From assembly GCA_046760185.1 (NCBI GenBank), contig JBHIDP010000001.1, positions 1-40,171 on the forward strand: a stretch of 40,171 nt of DNA, written 5' to 3'. Shown here in pieces: positions 39,540-40,171 of this stretch. Source of the DNA: Anaerolineae bacterium (lineage in GTDB: Bacteria; Chloroflexota; Anaerolineae; JBHIDP01). A program made the translations under genes and the position numbers. The notes beneath the pieces are model-generated. The model searched no databases and had not been told where the DNA came from. It saw only the letters and a list, made by a program, of their open reading frames with translations. The stretch's first letter is position 1, and the number at the start of each line of letters is the position of its first letter.

Positions 39540-40171
39540 TCAGGGGATGCGAAGAACCTGGCCTACGAATATAGAGGTGGGGTCGCGCAGATTGTTGGCC
39601 TGAGCGATAGCCTGAACGGTCGTACCGTGCCGCCTGGCAATGGAGTAGAGAGTGTCCCCCGGCTTTACCGTGTAGGTTCTGGTCGTTGTCGGCGGTGTAG
39701 TTCCGGTGCTGGGAATGATCAGCTTCTGCCCCGTGTAGATCTTCGTACGGTCTGTGATGTTGTTAGCGTCAACGATAGCTTGGACGGTCGTACCGTGCCG
39801 CCTGGCGATGGAGTAGAGAGTGTCCCCCGGCTTGACCACATAAGTCATCTGGCTGGGGGTGCCAGGGATAATAAGGGTTTGCCCGGTAACGATCTGCCTG
39901 GGGTCAGAAATACCATTCAGGCTGGCGATGGCAGCCACAGTAGTGTTGAAACGAAGGGCGATGCGGAACAGGTTATCACCCTTTTTCACTGTATAAGGGA
40001 ATCCCGTCGTAGGGAGCGAAAAGGTCGGTGTAGCTGTTGGCTGCTCAGGTTGTGGCGTCGGGGTGGCTGTTGCTTCCGGGGTGGGGGACTCCTCTGGCGT
40101 GACCGTAGGTTCGGGTTGAGGGGTATCCGTCGGTACTACAGGGGTGGGGGTCACCAGCATCAGGGTGGGGG
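39540..40171 (-). CDS. LysM-repeat peptidoglycan-binding protein (three LysM domains), N-terminus beyond the window edge
   Basis: YTVKPGDTLYSIARRHGTTVQAI..N.. occurs three times. The frame stays open (..PTL) upstream of the first ATG at 40160, inside a Pro/Thr linker, so the gene probably continues past 40171. Confidence 0.85.
   Translation of the reverse strand, partial: PTLMLVTPTPVVPTDTPQPEPTVTPEESPTPEATATPTPQPEQPTATPTFSLPTTGFPYTVKKGDNLFRIALRFNTTVAAIASLNGISDPRQIVTGQTLIIPGTPSQMTYVVKPGDTLYSIARRHGTTVQAIVDANNITDRTKIYTGQKLIIPSTGTTPPTTTRTYTVKPGDTLYSIARRHGTTVQAIAQANNLRDPTSIFVGQVLRIP

Noticed and set aside
1-40171. Genomic island, prophage or integrative element
   Set aside because: No integrase, transposase, phage structural gene or tRNA attachment site is visible, and I noticed no abrupt compositional change. 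The only insertion-like feature is the NTPase pair within the GT locus, which is reported separately.

Overview
GC-rich chromosomal window, mostly housekeeping. About 38 protein-coding genes are tightly packed on both strands. I found no rRNA, tRNA, CRISPR array, transposase, integrase or phage genes. Several traits tentatively suggest a Chloroflexota-like bacterium, though I cannot verify this without a search: Pro/Thr-rich linkers on many exported proteins, a lone mevalonate-pathway decarboxylase, near-leaderless genes, and dense small hairpin repeats in intergenic DNA. Gene content runs as follows. (i) 1-8.4 kb is an Fe-S and electron-transfer neighbourhood: NifS/IscS, a SufR-like regulator divergent from iscX plus an orphan nuoI, then lpdA, a 7Fe ferredoxin, and a NarI-like/HdrD-like fusion resembling EtfD. 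(ii) 8.4-29 kb holds mixed functions: def, an SDR, an orphan radical SAM enzyme, a membrane spermidine-synthase-like protein, a GNAT-amidase pair, a CoaE fusion, an RmlC-like cupin, a 2-hydroxyacid dehydrogenase / GalT-like HIT / dtd operon, an HspR-like regulator divergent from a DksA/TraR gene, a PEGA lipoprotein, an ABC1 kinase and hutH. (iii) 29-38.6 kb is a cell-envelope glycan locus (GT4, GT4, GT9, SAM methyltransferase, CE4 deacetylase). It is interrupted by two tandem paralogous STAND-like P-loop NTPases. The first NTPase carries TPR repeats, a transmembrane helix and an exported beta-sandwich module. That module is a diverged duplicate of the 3' end of a secreted-protein gene 19 kb upstream, and it is cut off by a single in-frame TAG. 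This NTPase pair is the best candidate for an uncharacterised system. The window also holds at least four families of small structured repeats: a REP-like hairpin cluster, a TIR-bounded MITE-like element, a 97-bp tandem hairpin unit, and a roughly 95-nt long-stem hairpin showing compensatory stem changes between two copies. All calls come from reading the sequence and the ORF translations. No database search was run.
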